Source: Candidatus Poribacteria bacterium (GTDB lineage Bacteria; Poribacteria; WGA-4E; PCPOR2b). Taken from it: a stretch of DNA of 64,000 bases. Below are positions 59,545 to 64,000 of this stretch, piece after piece (the stretch's first letter is position 1; each line of letters opens with the position of its first letter). Under the pieces are notes generated by a model that did no database searches, was not told the origin of the DNA, and saw only the letters and a list, made by a program, of their open reading frames with translations. The position numbers were made by a program, and so were the translations under genes. The stretch lies in NCBI GenBank assembly GCA_965215015.1, contig OZ244042.1, positions 4,192,001 to 4,256,000 of the forward strand, given 5' to 3'.

Positions 59545-61482
59545 ATGCTCGACCGGCTGAAAAATAGATTGAAGTTTCAGGTTGAACAATTACTGTTGCG
59601 CGGTGCACACGCTCGATTGCTATTTATCGCATCATTGGTTGGAGTGGTCTCTATCGGTGGCGGTTTGCTGGTCCAGGCAACAAACACCCCTTTTGATGAC
59701 AACCCAACGGCAATCTGGTGGGCATTCTTGCGTTTGACCGACCCGGGGTATTTGGGAGATGATGAAGGGCTAACACGTCGCATTATTTCGAGCATGTTGA
59801 CAGTGCTTGGATACGTGCTTTTCATGGGGTCACTGATCGCGATTCTGACGCAGTGGCTTAATCAGAAGATTCGCAATTTTGAACGGGGACTTACCCCCAT
59901 TGTGCGACGCAATCACATTTTAATCTTAGGTTGGACAAATCGCACGCCTGCCATCGTCGCCGAGTTGATGCGTTCTGAGGGACGCGTGCGTCGGTTTTTA
60001 CAAGTACGTGGTGCCCGTGGATTACATGTGGTTATTTTATCTGAGGATGTCAGTTTGGAGCGCACCATGGAATTGCGAAGGGCACTCGGGGGGCTATGGG
60101 ATGCTCGGAAGATCACATTTCGATCAGGTATACCGCTGCGCCTGAAACATTTGGAGCGCGTGGATTTCCAAAATGCAAGTGCCATTATTTTACCGGGCGC
60201 TGATTTTGCCTACGGCAGCGCAAACGAATCGGATACACGCATCGTCAAAACAGTATTATCAATAGTCAATCAATGGGGAGCCAATCGAAATCAATCCCTA
60301 CCTTTACTGGTGACAGAGATTTTTGACCCCAACAAAGTCCTCATGGCCCAAAAGGTCTATCGGGGCATTTTAGAGATTTTGGCGAGCGGTGTGTTGATTG
60401 CGCGATGTATGGCGCAAAATGTGCGCCATCCGGGATTATCGCATCTGTTCCACCAGATTTTGTCCCACAGATATGGGAATTCCATCTATATCCGTACCTT
60501 TGAATCGTTAGCGGGTTCCTGTTTTGGCGATTTAGCAAGAGCGTGTCCAAAGGCGGTTTTACTAGGGGTGGTACGTCCCCATGGTGAGGCATTTCACTCC
60601 ATGCTCAATCCGTCCGGGGATCTAATTCTAGAATCAAAAGACCGCTTGGTCTTTTTGGCGCGGGAATATGAAGATTGTAAGATACTGAAAAAGTTTCCAT
60701 CGAAACAATCATCACATCAATCTCAGGAAGTTTCCCGTACTCGAGTAAACGGCGAGCGACGCATTTTAATTTTAGGTTGGAATCACAAAGCCGCGGCACT
60801 ATTCAAGGAATTTAGTAGGTATCTTCATGAACAGTTCGAGATTTCGATTTTGTCTCTTATACCTTCCGCGAAAAGAGAAGCTGAATTGGATCGGAAAGGA
60901 ATTGACCGACACTACCTCAGAATAACTCATTGCGAAGGCGATCATACCTCTCTATCAGATTTGGAAGCGATCTACCCGAATAGTTACGATAATGTGGTGA
61001 TTTTGGGGAGCGACTGGTTAGAGACGCAGGAAGAATCCGACGCACGGACGATTGTGGGGCATCTAGTCCTGAAGAATATACTTGAACGAACCACCCAGAA
61101 ACCGAAGATTTTGGTAGATTTGATGGATGCCGACAATATTGGATTATTTCAAGACGAAGATACCGAAGTACTAGTTACACCGATGATAGCAAGTCAGGTG
61201 CTAGCACAAGTTGCGTTGCGACGGGAGCTCAATGTCGTTTATGAAGAATTGTTTGGTGCCGGCGGAACAGAGATTTTTTTCCGTCCGGTGGCAGATTACG
61301 GTATAGTGGGTCAAAAGATGAGTTTTAGAGAGCTAAAGGAGATATCCGCGGGCTGCAGTGAAATCACGCTGGGAGTTCGCTTGGAAAACGGTTCGATTGA
61401 ACTGAATCCGGTACAGAACAAGACCTACATATTGAAGGAGACGGATGATCTGATTGCATTGGTTCAGGAGGATGCAGCGTGA
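59545..61482 (+). CDS. CASTOR/POLLUX-like ion channel (2TM + two RCK domains)
   Basis: WWAFLRLTDPGYLGDDEG pore motif; HILILGW and RILILGW RCK starts; SDARTI. Confidence 0.8.
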   Translation: MLDRLKNRLKFQVEQLLLRGAHARLLFIASLVGVVSIGGGLLVQATNTPFDDNPTAIWWAFLRLTDPGYLGDDEGLTRRIISSMLTVLGYVLFMGSLIAILTQWLNQKIRNFERGLTPIVRRNHILILGWTNRTPAIVAELMRSEGRVRRFLQVRGARGLHVVILSEDVSLERTMELRRALGGLWDARKITFRSGIPLRLKHLERVDFQNASAIILPGADFAYGSANESDTRIVKTVLSIVNQWGANRNQSLPLLVTEIFDPNKVLMAQKVYRGILEILASGVLIARCMAQNVRHPGLSHLFHQILSHRYGNSIYIRTFESLAGSCFGDLARACPKAVLLGVVRPHGEAFHSMLNPSGDLILESKDRLVFLAREYEDCKILKKFPSKQSSHQSQEVSRTRVNGERRILILGWNHKAAALFKEFSRYLHEQFEISILSLIPSAKREAELDRKGIDRHYLRITHCEGDHTSLSDLEAIYPNSYDNVVILGSDWLETQEESDARTIVGHLVLKNILERTTQKPKILVDLMDADNIGLFQDEDTEVLVTPMIASQVLAQVALRRELNVVYEELFGAGGTEIFFRPVADYGIVGQKMSFRELKEISAGCSEITLGVRLENGSIELNPVQNKTYILKETDDLIALVQEDAA

Positions 61483-62360
61483 AAAGCTGGGAAGAAATTA
61501 TTGACATATTGAAGAAAAAACTGGTTTCTTTGGGAGATGTGACAATAACACCGGCCGTTTTGATAACGGTTGTATTTATTATGTTAGCGTCGTTTGGGGT
61601 ATCGTGCTTGCTACGGCGTATGTTGCGGCGCAATGTGTTTAGACGGACGCACCTAAATATAGGTGCACAGGAGACCATCTGCCGTATATTACACTATACA
61701 ATAATGTTATTAGGCATGTTTATTGCCATACAACAGATTGGGGTGGATCTGACAACCTTGGCTGCGATAAGTGCAGTATTGATGGTTGGAATCGGTCTGG
61801 GGTTGCAAAATATTACTAGTAATTTCATTAGTGCGCTCATCCTATTATTTGAGCGTCCCGTGCAGGTGGGCGATTTTGTTGAGGTCGGCGGTGTACAAGG
61901 CCGTATTCGTGCGATAAAGACACGTAGCTCAATCGTTGAAACGCTAGACAATGTGTCTATTATTGTGCCCAATTTAAACTTCATATCTGAAAATGTAACG
62001 AACTGGAGCTATCGGGATTCAAAAGTGCGTATTCATATATCTGTCGGCGTCTCTTACGGTTCAGATGTTGACTTGGTCGCAAATACCTTGTTACAGGTAG
62101 GACGTGCCCATCCAGAAGTGTTACTCAATCCCGAACCGAGCGTACAGTTTTTGGAATTTGGCGACAGTTCACTTAATTTTGATTTGCTGGTCTGGATCAA
62201 TGACGCGTCTCATCAGTATTTTGTAAAAAGTGCTCTGAATTTTGCTATCGTAAAAGCATTTCGAGAACAAGGCATTACTATTCCGTTTCCACAGCGAGAT
62301 TTACACATCCAAAATGCGGTGCCATTTGAGTTTAGCCAAAGAGATTTGAACAAATCATGA
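61479..62360 (+). CDS. MscS family mechanosensitive channel
   Basis: GIGLGLQNITSNFIS, ERPVQVGD, IVPN, VGVSYGSD, IPFPQRDLH. Confidence 0.92.
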   Translation: MKSWEEIIDILKKKLVSLGDVTITPAVLITVVFIMLASFGVSCLLRRMLRRNVFRRTHLNIGAQETICRILHYTIMLLGMFIAIQQIGVDLTTLAAISAVLMVGIGLGLQNITSNFISALILLFERPVQVGDFVEVGGVQGRIRAIKTRSSIVETLDNVSIIVPNLNFISENVTNWSYRDSKVRIHISVGVSYGSDVDLVANTLLQVGRAHPEVLLNPEPSVQFLEFGDSSLNFDLLVWINDASHQYFVKSALNFAIVKAFREQGITIPFPQRDLHIQNAVPFEFSQRDLNKS

Positions 62361-62378
62361 AAGTTAGCGTCCTCCACT

Positions 62379-63557
62379 ATGACTGAAGTTGGTTTAAGCG
62401 TTTTATTCAGAGAACGATTGGGACTTGTTGAGGGCCAATCTATCGGGTTAATCACTAACCAAACTGGAGTGGATCCACAGTTTCGGAGCAACCTAACATT
62501 GTTCGCTGAACACCCAAAAGTTCAGCTTGCCGCACTCTTTAGCCCGGAACACGGTATATCGGGGAGTGCCCAAGCTGCAATCCATATCCCCTCCACCGTT
62601 GACAAGGGACAGCAGATCCCGATCCACAGTCTTTATGGAGAGACCCGGCAACCCACGCCGGAGATGCTCGCTGGAATTGATGTGTTGGTATACGATATCC
62701 AAGATGTCGGCTCCCGTTTTTACACCTATATTTCGACGCTGCTTCGATCGATGCGCGCAGCTGCAGCCAACAATGTGGACTTTATCGTTCTTGATCGTCC
62801 GAACCCGATTCGCGGTGATCGCGTTGAGGGAAACCAAATTCAACCGGCATTCCGATCCTTTATTGGGGAGCCCCCGCTTACAATCCGACACGGCATGACC
62901 GTCGGTGAACTCGCACAATTTTTCAAGGCAGAGCTCGATTCAACCCTCCCGTCCCGACCGCATCGGGATTCAAGTCAATTTGGGGTCGTTCCAATGTGCG
63001 CTTGGCGGCGATCGATGTGGTACGATCAGACCGGGCTGCCGTGGGTGCCGCCCTCACCGAACATGCCGACTGTCGAGACCGCAACGCTGTATCCCGGTAC
63101 CTGCCTAATCGAAGGCATAAACCTGTCCGAGGGACGCGGTACGACCAAACCGTTTGAGTGGGTAGGTGCACCGTGGATCAATCCAGAGAAATGGGCAGAT
63201 ACGCTCAACAATATAGACCTGCCCGGCACCCACTTCCGTCCAATTCACTTCACTCCTACTTTTTCCAAATACACAGATCAAGCGTGTCACGGTGTGCAGG
63301 TGCATGTCACGGATCGAGACCAATTCAAACCTGTCGAGGTTGCTCTGCATCTCATCGCAACAGTGCGGCGCGGCTATCCGGATCAATTTGAGTTTATAGA
63401 GAATAGGGGGCGGTACTTCTTCGATCTCTTGGCTGGAACTGATCAATTACGGTTTAGACTCATGGCATGCGAATCACCTGCCGCAATCGTTCAGTTTTGG
63501 GAGACAGAGGTGGAGAAATTCACTGAGCAGTGCCAGCCATACCTACTTTACGATTGA
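62379..63557 (+). CDS. namZ: Exo-beta-N-acetylmuramidase (DUF1343)
   Basis: GLITNQTG, FSPEHG, SLYG, DIQDVGSRFYTYIST, LDRPNP, RHGMTVGEL, PSPNMPT, SEGRGT. Confidence 0.9.
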   Translation: MTEVGLSVLFRERLGLVEGQSIGLITNQTGVDPQFRSNLTLFAEHPKVQLAALFSPEHGISGSAQAAIHIPSTVDKGQQIPIHSLYGETRQPTPEMLAGIDVLVYDIQDVGSRFYTYISTLLRSMRAAAANNVDFIVLDRPNPIRGDRVEGNQIQPAFRSFIGEPPLTIRHGMTVGELAQFFKAELDSTLPSRPHRDSSQFGVVPMCAWRRSMWYDQTGLPWVPPSPNMPTVETATLYPGTCLIEGINLSEGRGTTKPFEWVGAPWINPEKWADTLNNIDLPGTHFRPIHFTPTFSKYTDQACHGVQVHVTDRDQFKPVEVALHLIATVRRGYPDQFEFIENRGRYFFDLLAGTDQLRFRLMACESPAAIVQFWETEVEKFTEQCQPYLLYD

Positions 63558-63631
63558 GCCCGTAGGTTGGGTTGAACGGGAATTCATAAAAAATTACACG
63601 CAGAAGACAGGCTTTTGAGGCTTCATATTGC

Positions 63632-63794
63632 TAGGGCTTACACAGTTGAATGTTCAAAACCTTGTAGTTCAACGATTCATCACCGTAGAACACAATTTTC
63701 AACGCCTGATGAATCGGGGGCTACAGCGGGTACCCCATCACGAATCCCGTAGGGCACACCGATTGGTGTGCCCTACGGGAGTGCGTAACTCCTA
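63632..63794. mobile_element. MITE-like element, TAGGACTTACGCA family, nested in a REP-like element
   Basis: TAGGGCTTACACA (63632-63644) ... TGCGTAACTCCTA (63782-63794); outer GTAGGTTGGGTTGAACG (63562) ... GTGAAACCCAAC (63820-63831). Confidence 0.65.
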
Positions 63795-63882
63795 ATTACT
63801 TGAAATTTCCAAAATACGAGTGAAACCCAACAAACGCTTTGTCTGGATTGGCCATTCGCGCAAATAGATGAGGCTTACGACA

Positions 63883-64000
63883 ATGAAATCCTTCCATCAA
63901 CTTATCCAAAAAGGGACGAAAAAAGTCATCGGGTTAATGTCCGGCACCTCTGTCGATGGTGTTGATGCTGCCCTCGTCGAAATACGAGGACACGGTTTAG
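63883..64000 (+). CDS. anmK: Anhydro-N-acetylmuramic acid kinase, runs off the window end
   Basis: Hand translation MKSFHQLIQKGTKKVIGLMSGTSVDGVDAALVEI with the GLMSGTSxDGVD motif; follows namZ. Confidence 0.9.
   Translation, partial: MKSFHQLIQKGTKKVIGLMSGTSVDGVDAALVEIRGHGL

Overview
Bacterial chromosomal window of roughly balanced GC with about 55 CDS. I saw no rRNA, tRNA or CRISPR array. Multiple PhyH-type dioxygenases, enolase-superfamily enzymes, TIM-barrel isomerases, ThuA proteins, LolA and dense intergenic palindromes suggest a diderm such as Candidatus Poribacteria (inference only). Housekeeping genes: proS, leuB, recX-alaS, larB, lolA-pgsA-thpR-recA-rtcA, namZ-anmK. The main accessory locus is a type I restriction-modification operon (hsdM-X-hsdS-hsdR, 12.5-22.6 kb, minus strand). 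X is a 1262-aa PD-(D/E)xK nuclease + STAND NTPase + helical-domain protein resembling Avs/NLR-like anti-phage sensors. A decayed second copy of the hsdM 3' end sits between X and hsdS and appears to record the insertion. Other points of interest: a near-consensus sigma70 promoter bracketed by 19-bp inverted repeats next to a VOC-PhyH-oxidoreductase-PhnZ cluster, a solo Cre-like recombinase, a PhyH enzyme with an HxG (halogenase-type) motif, an M48 peptidase lacking HExxH, several pseudogenes, and several MITE/REP-like families. Family calls come from motif recognition by eye; no database search was run.
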